Shown here: positions 38,501 to 50,122 of the stretch, piece after piece
Layout of the letters: every line of letters begins with the position of its first letter
Numbering within the stretch: the first letter of the stretch is position 1
Origin: Eledone cirrhosa
Taxonomy: Eukaryota
DNA length: 64,000 nucleotides
Direction of reading: 5' to 3'
Assembly: GCA_964016885.1 (NCBI GenBank)
Contig: OZ024753.1
Span: 38,316,001 to 38,380,000, forward strand
Made by a program: the position numbers and the translations under genes
Notes under the pieces: model-generated
Database searches by the model: none
Seen by the model: only the letters and a program-made list of their open reading frames with translations
What the model was told of the DNA's origin: nothing

Positions 38501-40209
38501 CTTAACAACCAAAGAAATTTGAATGTAGTCACTCTAACGGATATAACCACAATACACTAGTTCACCCCTCCCCCAGAAGTACTTTTAGACGGTTTTCTCT
38601 TTTGTAATTGTCATTTTCTTTGGGAAGAACACATTTCATATGCGATACACGACGATCTTCCACCTAGTAAATACTCCAGTACTTTTTTAAAATCGATCTT
38701 TTTATCAAATCGCTAAGTTACGGGATATGTGTACATATATACACTTCTACAGTTTCCACTTACCAGGCACTTGCGTAAGGTGCTGCGCATTGGGACCGAA
38801 CCCGAAATCCGGGGTTATGAAGGAGTTGAGTCCTTAAGAACATTTTTAGAGGCGCGGACGGTGATCATTATCTAATGGGGCGAGCAATCAACCACCAGTA
38901 ATTGGTGCATGGTGCACGTTGAGGTTTCACTCTTTACAACGAAACCCGATTAATTACGACAGTCAGTGCCTCGCCTTCCTAATTTCAAATGTCAGGGGTG
39001 AGAAAACGACTAGGAAAATAGATACCGTGTTTCCGTCTGTGACCTCACCGATCACACATACACGTGTGTATGTGTGAGAAACGATCAAGATTATGATCGA
39101 TACGTTAATTTAAATTTGGATTATCGAAGCGGTTTATGATTGGCTGTTGGATCTATATGTAATGAATAATATTCAAACTACTTTAAAAAAAATTAAAGTA
39201 TAAAGTTTCGTTAAAATTTCAATTGTTTAAGTAACATTTTGAAGTTTATTTCTGTAAAAAGATCTTGATCGGGATTAGATTAATTCTAATTCCACGAACA
39301 AAATAAAAAAAAAATAAAAATCCCTATTTCCAAAGAAAACTATTAGTGCAGTCCGACATTCTCGTTATATTGCAGTTTGTTTAGGGAAATGTCTAAAAAC
39401 ATCGCTTAAATTTAACAAAAAAATATGAAATGACTAAATAAATGATCTTTATTTCTTGTATTGGTAATGGTACATTTCCCCATATGTGAGATCGCCGTTA
39501 CAGTAAGGTCAGCAGCGATTTACCTCATATAAGCCACCGTGTCGACGTGGGGAGAAGACGCAAATTCTGAGATGGAGAAAGAATAAAGTAAAGATGTTCA
39601 CGCCTTCATTAAGAACAATAGATACGGCTAGAAGTGAAAGATTCTATTTGGGATTAAAGAAATCATAGCACGACGCGGAAGTGTGAAATACAATCGAGTG
39701 CCCGTCTTGTACTAATTCAGTGCAAGTATTAATTATATATTTATAAAATAATTTAATGTCGCCGGTAATTAAAATTGACGCAGCAAAGTTTAGAACCCTT
39801 AATTCCGAAGTATGTTATAAATTAAGAGCAGTAGTTCGTTGACAGCCACAAGAACTATTTAAATTGACAGCTTTTGAAAAATGTCTGTTTGTCCGTTATT
39901 AAAATCAACCTGTGCGTGTGCATGTAGTATGTATGTCTAGCAGACATTCTTAGCGTAGCTATCAACCAGAACTTGCGTAATGAATGGATTTTAAGGACTC
40001 ATTTTAATCTTTTCAATATTATACACTCATTCAGTGGGCGGCTGTGTGGTCAAAAAAAAAAAAAAAAAGCTACATTTAAATGAACAATCTGAAATAAGTT
40101 CAGCATAAAAAAAAACAAAAACAAACAGCCAAATGTTTTAATAACTCACTGAAAGATCACGTCCGAGGTTCTTGTAAGATTTTTGACGTTGAACATCTTG
40201 TTCTGGCAT
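32510..40209 (-). CDS. KPNA2: Importin subunit alpha, alpha-2 (KPNA2/pendulin-like) subfamily
   Basis: Exons (minus): 40209-40150, 37722-37591, 37031-36844, 36526-36354, 35783-35701, 35601-35391, 35008-34899, 34439-34263, 33538-33356, 33155-33006, 32596-32510 (1554 nt, 517 aa). IBB domain [26 protein letters not shown]; ARM motifs [61 protein letters not shown] and the C-terminal FNF point to the alpha-2 subfamily (from recall). Confidence 0.93.
33006..33155 (-). CDS. KPNA2: Importin-alpha exon
   Basis: [31 protein letters not shown]. Confidence 0.95.
33356..33538 (-). CDS. KPNA2: Importin-alpha exon
   Basis: [29 protein letters not shown]. Confidence 0.95.
34263..34439 (-). CDS. KPNA2: Importin-alpha exon
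   Basis: [27 protein letters not shown]. Confidence 0.95.
34480..34890 (-). mobile_element. Tandem array of tRNA-derived SINE copies (central CTTTCATCCTTACGGGGTCGATAAAATAAAGTACCAG domain)
   Basis: B-box-like GAGTTCAAATCC plus a conserved central domain (resembles the Meta/MESC-type domain from recall, unverified). Confidence 0.75.
34899..35008 (-). CDS. KPNA2: Importin-alpha exon
   Basis: [28 protein letters not shown]. Confidence 0.95.
35391..35601 (-). CDS. KPNA2: Importin-alpha exon
   Basis: [33 protein letters not shown]. Confidence 0.95.
35701..35783 (-). CDS. KPNA2: Importin-alpha exon
   Basis: [22 protein letters not shown]..|gtaggt. Confidence 0.92.
36354..36526 (-). CDS. KPNA2: Importin-alpha exon
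   Basis: [28 protein letters not shown]. Confidence 0.95.
36844..37031 (-). CDS. KPNA2: Importin-alpha exon (ARM1)
   Basis: [16 protein letters not shown]..; 188 nt. Confidence 0.93.
37591..37722 (-). CDS. KPNA2: Importin-alpha exon (IBB domain)
   Basis: [23 protein letters not shown]|gtaaac. Confidence 0.95.
37890..38070 (+). mobile_element. tRNA-derived SINE, near full length
   Basis: A-box TGGCAGAATCGG, B-box GAGTTCAAATCC and the same central domain. Other copies at about 855-1045, 14810-14990, 18380-18530, 21080-21340, 23625-23740, 26330-26425, 27115-27260, 44310-44465, 47810-48010 and 52875-52985. Confidence 0.8.
40150..40209 (-). CDS. KPNA2: Importin-alpha first coding exon ([20 protein letters not shown])
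   Basis: Acceptor ttccttag| with exon start at 40228; donor |gtgagt. Confidence 0.88.
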
Positions 40210-40383
40210 TTTGAGTGAATTTTAAAATCTAAGGAAGAAAAGAAGAAAAAAAACTTTTTAATTAATACGGGAATATTAAGAGAAAAAAAATTTAAAAGGT
40301 AATGAATAAAATACATGAAAATTCAGTTCTGAATCATGCTTAAAAATACAAAATTAATTATTATTAAAGTAAATATTTCTTAC

Positions 40384-40470
40384 ACAAATTCAAGTGAATT
40401 AATATAAAAAAACAGGCAGAAATCGGTATGACGGAGAGTTGCGTACAGATTGAGTACTGATTCCAACTAA
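40384..40470 (-). other. Probable non-coding first exon of importin-alpha
   Basis: Donor |gtaaga at 40383; Inr-like TTAGTT/TCAGT near 40455-40470. The TSS is approximate. Confidence 0.45.
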
Positions 40471-40605
40471 TATTTGAAATTAAAAGCCGACGGTTTAAAC
40501 AGGATAGTTCTTACATTTCATTGGTTAATTGCATCATACATACTGCTTTCTGATTGGTCACATTAAAACTCCAAACCAACCAACTTGAGTGGGTTTGTTT
40601 TGAAA
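40465..40605 (-). promoter_or_regulatory. Importin-alpha promoter: two CCAAT boxes 33 bp apart plus CHR-like TTTGAA
   Basis: ATTGG at 40520-40524 and 40553-40557; TTTGAA at 40473-40478 and 40599-40604. Confidence 0.55.
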
Positions 40606-41095
40606 TTAAGAAATAGTTAACTGTTATATGTAGAAACTTTCCATTCTGTATGTAATAAGGGATTTATTCATTTAATTAGCGATATAATGTTTCATTATTA
40701 AATTCAGATCCAACTTTCTGCAAGTAATCCCCCACACCCCTAAACATTATTATTATTTTATTACGCAGTATTAAAAATTTTTTTTTAATATTGAATTAAA
40801 CAACTTATTTTTAATATTAAATAAATATTTAAAACGCTTGAATTAGATTTAGAAAAAAAAATCTTAAAAAATAATTGAATAGAATACAAAAGTTTTTTTT
40901 ATTACAAGCGATCGTTGAAGAATTAAATTGAATATTTGAAATAAAGTAAAACATTTCAAAATATTTTTTAATTATGAAAACAAATAAAGAGATAGATATA
41001 TTAATATTAAGATATTTCATTATTAATTAATTAATTAATTAATATATATATTTTTTGAGTAAAAGTTAGGTTGTGGTGTTGGGGGTGAATAATAA

Positions 41096-41147
41096 GCGGA
41101 AGTTCTCAGTGACTGCAGTACGCATGTACTGATTAGTTGTTGATAAC
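41096..41147 (+). promoter_or_regulatory. CEP43 proximal promoter: ETS site, palindrome, X-box-like element
   Basis: GCGGAAGT 41096-41103; CAGTACGCATGTACTG 41116-41131; GTTGTTGATAAC 41136-41147, immediately before the ATG. Confidence 0.45.
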
Positions 41148-41231
41148 ATGTCTACCACTGACGACGATAATGAACTACGAGAAATGTTGGTTCACACTTT
41201 GGAATCGAACGGCACGCTTGCAAAAATTCGG
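41148..41231 (+). CDS. CEP43: CEP43 exon 1
   Basis: MSTTDDDNELREMLVHTLESNGTLAKIR|gtgagt. Confidence 0.93.
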
Positions 41232-41732
41232 GTGAGTTCAGTAATGAAGTTTAAACACTTCTTGATCCATTCATTACATCTAAAATGTCGTTTATTCAGT
41301 TTCCAATATAGTTTTTCCCCGCCGCATCTCCACACTGTTATTGTTACAAGCTTCTTCTCCGAGTTGTTTACCTTGTGACGAAAAAAAACTTGTCAAATCT
41401 TGAAATCATTTAAATACTGACACCGCTTTTTGTTCCGTTATTAACTTTTACTTTGTAATTATACAACTTAATAAACTTTAAAAAACATCTTTTATAACAT
41501 ATATTGTATCATTTACTCCCCGCCTATTTCTCTCTCTTTCACTTCGTTGTGTTATTATTGTTGTGATAAGACTTAGTTCGATATAGTTTTTTGTGGTGTT
41601 TCTAAACCATCCTTCAACCAAGTCTGGACAGGAATTCTTAAAAATACGTGGCGTTAGCAACGGAATGTGGCATTAACAGTTTAGTCTTAAAACTGCATTG
41701 CTTAACACAATAATTGTTTATTTTGGACACTT

Positions 41733-41800
<68 letters not shown>

Positions 41801-44800
41801 ATGGCTTCTACAAGACTAGAACTGTTTCATTCGCATTCGGATGAAATCATCGTTGTCCCCACTCTACTAATGTATTGAGTACCTTATTTACTGTGGTTAC
41901 CTCCGATTTCACATGGGGATCTTCATATATGTATATCTGTAGATCCTGAGTGAAATTGGGATACACACATATATACAGGGTGTCCCAAAAATGTATACAC
42001 ACTTTTATTAGAATGCTGTTGAAGTGTATATACATTTTTTAGGACACCCTGTATATATATGTGAAGTTGAATCTCTCTGCATCCACCCATTACTCATTTT
42101 GGTATCACAACCGTCTGCGACCAATCCCAAGTTCTACGATATAAAATACTCATTTTATAAATGTTTATATCTACCTGAAACTTTCCAATATAATTTTATG
42201 TAAGAACCTTTATGTTATGTTCCAAACACCAGCTTAATATGATAAATAACGAGATATATTACTAAATCCATCAAAAATGTTTATGATTGGAAAAAAACAG
42301 GCAATCTTTCATTAAAAATATTGTGAAGATATCTAAATGATAATTTTTATTCAACAAATGTCAATTAAATTATTTTATGTTTGTAATAAAAAAAATTAAA
42401 TAATGAAATTAATGCGAAATAGGAGGGTGTGGCTGATTCTAAACCCCAGGTGAGCTGGTATATCTTATCTATGCCCTGCAGACAAAATGGCGAAAGTACT
42501 GGCTCTGTGAACAGACAGCGATCCCGTCTGTGTTAGCTACCCCACCTCACGAGGGTGCATTCCTTACAATTTTGCAGAGGAAAACGGCAGTTCAGGAACT
42601 GTGAGGATACCAGAAGTTCCGACGGCTCCCGGAACGATAAGGAAGCAGTCGGTCAAGTCCTGGTATTTGGATGTCTTTGACTCCTTTGCGTTACGGGCCA
42701 CAATGCCTGTGTTTGTGGCCAAACCTCCATAGCATAACCATACACACGGGGACACGCACACACCAGCACCATCATCATCATTTAACGTCCACTGTCCTTG
42801 GGTTGGACGGGTCTTCTGGTTGGACATCTACCTAGTGCATTTTATTGTGGCACCAGCACTAGAGAGTTTGCTATGACTTAGACACAATTGCAGGGTCCTC
42901 CCAACCCTTTATCTGGCATGCTTTCCACAGCTGGATGCCGTTCCTATCACCAACCACTTAACAAATACTGGGGGCGTTTATTGTGTAGATCACCAACAGT
43001 GGTTTAAATTTCTTTTACTTTTTATATTTCAACTTTAGGCCCAGTTACGTGCAAGCGTTTTCTTAGCCCTTGAAAAACAGGAGCCTAGCCAGGTAAATAT
43101 CTTAATACCCACTTTTTTTAAAAGACAAATTGATATTGTACAAATTTTTCATGATGACTTTTAAAAAGTGTTGAGGAATTGTCAGTCATTAAAGTGTTAG
43201 ATTAGATACCTCAGTATTTGTTCCAATTCCTTGCAATTTGAAATCATTTCAATTCAAGGCCATCCTTAAAATTTTGCTTCTAACACACTTTCTCATGGAT
43301 TTAGTATTCAGCATGCAGCAGTTTCCATGGGTTGCCAGTTTTAAACTCCTCAGTGATTGCCTGAAGGACAATGATAGACAAAAGTGGACTGAGGGCTAAG
43401 TCCTGGTGGAACCACATCTGCACTTCAAATTCCATGGGATGTCAGTTTTAACCCTTTAGCATTTAAACCGGCCATATCCTCTCACCTCTTTCTTTTCAAA
43501 CTGGTCGTAACCGGCTGCTCATACTTACGTTAAGGTATTCTCAAAATAGAAAAACATATCAAAATCTCATAGATTCGATATTATGTGAGATAAAGCCTAT
43601 AGAGTAATACAAATGCTAAAGGGTTAAACTCATCAGTGATTGCCTGAAGAACAGTAATAAACAAAAGTGGACTGAGAGCTAAGTCCTGGTAGAACTCGCC
43701 ATCTACACTTCAAATGCATCAGTGTAACTCATTGTTCTGCCAAGAGTTACAATTAGCAGATAGTATCAGTAATGAAAGGACCTGATTGCAAGTCCATTGC
43801 TTCCTTGGCCCAATTTGATGATTGGATTCTTAACGTTTTATTTTTTAAAAATCTCACATTGTATTTTTTTCTTTTCTTTTCTTAGAATAAAGCGCCTTTG
43901 CTTAATGCCAAACTGAAAGCATTTTTAAATACCAAAGATGGTGAGTTTTAATTATTTTCACTTTTTAACTCTTTCATTACTCTGTTACATGTTCCAGCCA
44001 ATGGGCTGAGGCCATGCTGGGGCACTGCCATATTTCTTATGAAATACTCTGATTTAGTAATATAACTGTCTAACCCATGTAAGCTGGGAAAATAGACATT
44101 GAAGAAGAAAGAATTCCTAATTTATTTTTGCAATGAAAAACTTTATAATTGTTTCATAAACATTTTCTTTCTTAATTCTTGCAGGACATTTAGCTGCTGT
44201 GTTGGTGCGGGAATTTTTGGAGTTTTTTAATATGGAATTCACAGAAGTTGTATTTGATGCAGAAACTGGAGTGGTATGGGCATTTTTTTTATCTACATTT
44301 AAATTTTCTTGGCAGAATTGGTAGAGCACCGGGTTAAATTCAGCTGAGGCCAGTTTTGCCTTTAATCCTTCCAGGTCAATAAAATAAAGTACCGGCCAAG
44401 TACTAGGGTTGATTTAATTAAATTTGCCCTTCACTCCAAATTTGCTGGGTTGTACGTAAATTAGAATTCAGTTTTAACCCTTTAGCATTTAACCCGGCCA
44501 TGTCTGGCCAGAATTCTCTCACCTCTTTCTCTTTAAACCAGCTGTAACTGGCTGCTTATACCGACATTAAGGTATTGTTCTCCAAATAAATAAAATCATA
44601 GATTCGATATTATATAAGATAAAGCCTTTACTGTGAAACTAAAATATTAAATATAGAGTAATGTAAATGCTTAAAGGGTTAATGTAATGTTTACTATGGG
44701 TGCAGGCATGGCTCTGTGGTTAAGAAGTTTGCTTTACAACCAGTTCAGCCAGTTTGGTATTGAAAAGGTTGAAATGCTTGTTGCGTTGTGGTTTTTATCT

Positions 44801-47800
44801 TTGCTTTTCTTGTGAAAATTTGTGTGAATTTCTTTTTTTCTTTAAATAAATTCTTTCAGAATTTTGAAAAAGGCCAGAGAAATATTTTACTGAAAGATCT
44901 CCACCTACCAAATGACTTTGATTCTGTGAAATCTTCTCCAGTTCTGTCCCAAGCAATCAAACAAATTGGAAAATCTGGGATTTCTGAAACAGATAACAAA
45001 AACCACATTGTTCCTAATGTAAGATTTTATGGGACTCATAGTTTTTGTTTTTTCAATTTTTTCTCTCGTTTTTAAAATATTTTTCTCTCTATAGTTTGAA
45101 ATTTTAAATTAATAAAGCTGAGATATTTTCATAAACTAAAATCGAGTGTTGCGAGATTGACTATAAAAAAAACTAAATTTGAAATCAGTAAAAAATTTTA
45201 GTGTGAAAAACAAAATGGCTTTTCTATATTTTTTTTCAAGTTTAACTCTTAAATTATCATCACTGTTTAGCATATATTTTCCATGATTAAATGGGTCTTC
45301 TTACATATGTAATTAAATAATTTGCATAAAGACTGCATACATTTTGTAAAAATATCTTTTTCAAGGGCCTTCCTGAAAGTTGTATAGCCGAAGCCAAAAG
45401 AAAGTTTGACATGTATGACAAGGTAAAAATATTCAAATTATTTTACTTAACACCTTTGATAACTCCATTAAATGTATTGAATCTATTATATCCATATCAA
45501 AATGTGGTCTGAATGGATTATTAAATAATGTGGCAGCTACATTTCAGTGTAAAGAGTGAATGGAGGAAGCTATAGATGGAGAGGATATTGAACTGGGCCT
45601 TAGGAATGGTTTGAAAAGGGAAGGTGTGAAATACATTTTGTTACATATTGAAAGGAGAAGGTGGATGAGACTCAATATCTAAAGTCTGTCTTGAGCCCAA
45701 AGGCTCATCAGGCCATTGCTTATCCTGGTTTCCATGGCTTGAAGTGACTGAGAGTACAAGACTCCCTTCCGGACAGGATGACAGTCCATTGCAGGGTTAA
45801 ACCCCTAGCTATTGCTGCTGGTACTCATTTTCAGCTGAGTATTACTGGAATATATAGCAATGTATACATATACAGATGTTTTATTAAACCATTCCCAAAT
45901 CTCACACACATAGGAGGCCAGGTCTACTTATTAGAAATATAGTCACAAAACGGCCAACATATGTTCAAGTTCATATCACAACCTTTAAATTACTCTTACA
46001 ATATATTTCAGTATCAATATATATTAATCAATACAATATACTTCATTACCAATATATATTCTGCTTTCTTCATTCAAGGATCATCAACAGTCTGTAGAAA
46101 AAGCTGATGTGACAAATATATTTTGTGAACTTTTTCCCCATTTTCATCGGTGAGTACATGCTTTAACACTTTCAAAACTAACCTGGCCTCAACCAGTTCT
46201 GGTTCTATAAAACAAATCCACTTATCTTATTTTAAAGAGTTCCTATTAAAATTAAAATCTTCCAACATAATTTTATGTAAAAACATTTTGTTATGTTTCA
46301 AATGTCATCTTGATATTAAAATAATGAAAATATCTTCTGAAAGTAAAAGTCATGAACTTTTTAATTCTTAACATCTTGTAACACACTGGGGTCGATTTAA
46401 TCGACTTTCACCACCCTAAAAAATTGTTGGCCTTGTGTCTAAATTGGAAACCATTATTACTTGTGTTTGTCAATTAATTTTTCTTTTTAAAATTTGTTCT
46501 TGTAGAAGTATTTTGGAGAGATTTGTGCAAGAAGAATGTCATAATGCTGAGAAAGGCAACAACCAAAGTAAGTTTGGCTGTTGTATAATGTCTGGGGGTT
46601 GGAGTTTGGGGTTTAATTTACTGAATTCTTAGGTTATTTCTTGGGATATTCCAGGTCAGCCTTATAGTAAACTATATACACACACACAAACTCACATCTA
46701 TACGTATGCACACGTGTGCCCCCTAATTAACCCCCCCCCCACTCACATGCCCTCCAAATACACACTCACATGCCACCCACACTCACACGACCTCCCTCAA
46801 CACTCACAGATACACACTCACACATGTCCCCACTCCAAACGTCTCACACACCATACACAGGTTTTCATAGTTTCATTCCACCACATCTATTAAAAGCTAT
46901 TGCAACTAAGGTGTTTGAAAGAATCAACTATTTTGTGGGTGGATGGGGGTAGGGGAATCATCGCTTTTTAATATTCAGCTTCATCTGTGTTGATGTTTTG
47001 ACTTCAAATTCAATTAAGATCATCCTTAAACATCTCCATTGTCGCCATTATCACCACCACCACCTTATTTCAAGGGGGATAACTCTATAGATATTTGTAT
47101 GGATTATCTCCATTACAAGTTATCCCTTTAGCATTCACATTACTCTATATATACTATTATATTTTCATGGTAAAGGCTTTACCTCGCATAATTATCTCAC
47201 ATAATATCGAATCTATGAGATTTTGAAAGTATTTATTTTGAGAACAATACCTTAACATCAGTTTGAGTGACCAGTTACAATCAGTTTCAACAGAAAGAAG
47301 TAGAGAATTCTGGCCGGTTTTGGGCAGTTTGAACATTAAAGAGTTATATCAGAGAATGTACTGTTGGATTTCTTTTCATACAAAATATGTTTAAAATCAA
47401 TTACACAGTTGCTGTGCCAGGTTTTTTTCAGTAAAATGATTATTTTTTTAAAACAAACATTTATTAACAACCCATACCTGAATGATTGACAAATGTCACA
47501 TCAATAAACTAGCTTTGAAGTTACAAACTGTTGGAAAAAGAGTTCAAACATGTTAGGACAAGTTATCTCATTTGTGGCACTAGAATGCATATATGTTGGG
47601 ACGAGTTATCTCGTCTACGGCCCTGAAGAGGTTAAAGTTGTTTTATTGAGTAGTGTTTATAATTCTTTGTTTCTTCATTGTGTGTGTATGTTTTTTTTCT
47701 TATTCTTCATTTTAATTTGCTGTGATTAGCAACCAACCAGTTTTTAATTAACATTATTTATTATTTTTTTTATTCATTATTAACCATGTTTAAGAGTGAC

Positions 47801-48984
47801 CGGTAGGTTAACTGAGGCGGTAGAGCGTCGGACAAACGCTTTGCAGTATTTGTTCAGGCTCTTTACGTTCTGAATTCAATTTCCGCTGAGGTCAACTTTA
47901 CCTTTCAACCTTTCAGAGGTCGATAAAGTACCAGTCAATTACAGGGGTTGATATAATCGACTTTCCCTTTCACCTAAATTACTGGTCTTGTGTCTTAATT
48001 GAAAACAATTATTAACTATGTTTATTTAACACTTCTTCCTGTTTCTAACTGTCTAAATAAATTACTGGTTAATCATTGTAGGATATTTTTGTTTGTTGCC
48101 CAAAGGTAAAGTTGTTGGCATGGTTTTCTCTTCATCTTCTTATTGCTTTCTGCCTCCTTAACCCTTTAGCATTTATATTACTCTATATTTACTATTGTAT
48201 TTTCACGGTAAAGGCTTTATCTCACATAATATCGAATCCATAAGATTTTTATATCATTTACTTTGAGAACAATACATTAATGTTGGATAAGCAGCTGGTT
48301 TGAACAGAAAGAGAGAATTCTGGCTGGATACGGCCGGTTTAAATGCTAAAGGGTTAAAAGCATAAATATAAATCTATCTGTATCTTTCTGTATGTATGTA
48401 TGTCTGAAAATAAGCAATAAATCTAACTTATTGTATGAATTTAATGTCAAAATTGGCCAAAGTTTTTAGAGCAACAGATTATGTGCTTTTGCTGTATTTG
48501 CTCTGACCTGTGCTGCTCTGAGTTGAAAATCTTGCTGAGGTCAACTTTGCTTTCTATCCTTTAACCCTTTACCATTGACATTACTCTCTATATTTACTAT
48601 TATATTTTCACGGTAAAGGCTTTATCTCGCATATTGATCTCACATAATATCGAATCTATGAGATTTTGATGATGTTATTTTATATTTTGAGGACAATACC
48701 TTAACTGGTTTGAACAAAAAGAGGTGAGAGGGTTCTTGACCAGATGTGGCCAGTTTAAATGCTAATGGGTTAAGCCATTAAGGGTTGATAAAGTACCAAT
48801 CCACAGGCATTGAATTAGTGGAATTGATAAAACGTGGGACTGAATGCTTTATGTTGTCTGGTCTGCCAGGTGTTGTGAGCACCAGATAGTATCTTATCAG
48901 CAATGGAAAGACCAATGGGAACATTTCCTTGGTCTCATTTGATATATGTATAGATTATATGTGTATGTATATATGTTATATATG

Positions 48985-49026
<42 letters not shown>

Positions 49027-49701
49027 GGTATATTTACTCATCCAGGAGTTGTGAGTGGCTTATAGTATCAGCAATGGAAAATCCAATTGAAACAATGTTT
49101 CCCTTAGTCTGATTTCATGATCAACTCCTTTCCATTGTTAACTTCAAAAGCAGCGCTGAAGAAGACCCACATGTTAAGAATTCCTTATCTACACAATGCA
49201 TGCTGTGTTCTGCTTTTGTTACATGTAATATCTCGATATTACCATCATTTAAACCTGCAGCATCTATAGTTATGTATTATATATATATGTATGTGTGTGT
49301 GTATATATTTAATTGAATACAGTGTAAAGTGTTTGATATGCATGTGTATAGGCATGTATATGTTGTGTACAATGTGTGTGTGTATATATATATGCACATA
49401 CATACACTCACCACTATATATATATATATATAGAGAGAGAGAGATAATTTATGAGGCATGAGCAAAATTTGAAAATATATTTGCTATAATACAGATATTG
49501 ATAAATTTTGAAGTCTGGTAAAATACTCTTGAGACAGAAAAAAGGCTCAGAGATGTGTCCCTAACAAGCAAATATAATTTGATATATATATATCATCATC
49601 ATCATCATATATATTCAAAGCTATTGATTCAGTCCATATGTTATGCATGTGAGTTCATGTATATAGGCATGTGTATATAATATGTAATGTCTGTATGAGT
49701 A

Positions 49702-49734
<33 letters not shown>

Positions 49735-50028
49735 TTGTTCAAAGCTGGTGATTTTTCTCTGTTGCTACTCAGAGTATTTCAATTGACAATATTAGTGACA
49801 AAGTGAATTATTAGCATTGAACAAATAAATATACTCTAATACATGTATTCAGTAGTATTTTTCTCCTTTGTAAACCCACAAGACATATGCATGCATATAT
49901 ATGTACACAGGCACACATGTATGTGTGTTATATTTAGATGTGCATGTTATATAAAATAGGAGTTTACTGCATTGCTTGGCTATACAAGAAATACAGCTAC
50001 TGTTTGGATTATGATGATGTTGATGATG

Positions 50029-50122
<94 letters not shown>

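Noticed and set aside
42421-42765. RNase MRP or HDV-like ribozyme assignment
   Set aside because: GAAAGTACT cannot pair with GGGGAC to form P4, and no P1 partner follows the putative P3; kept only as an unassigned structured island.
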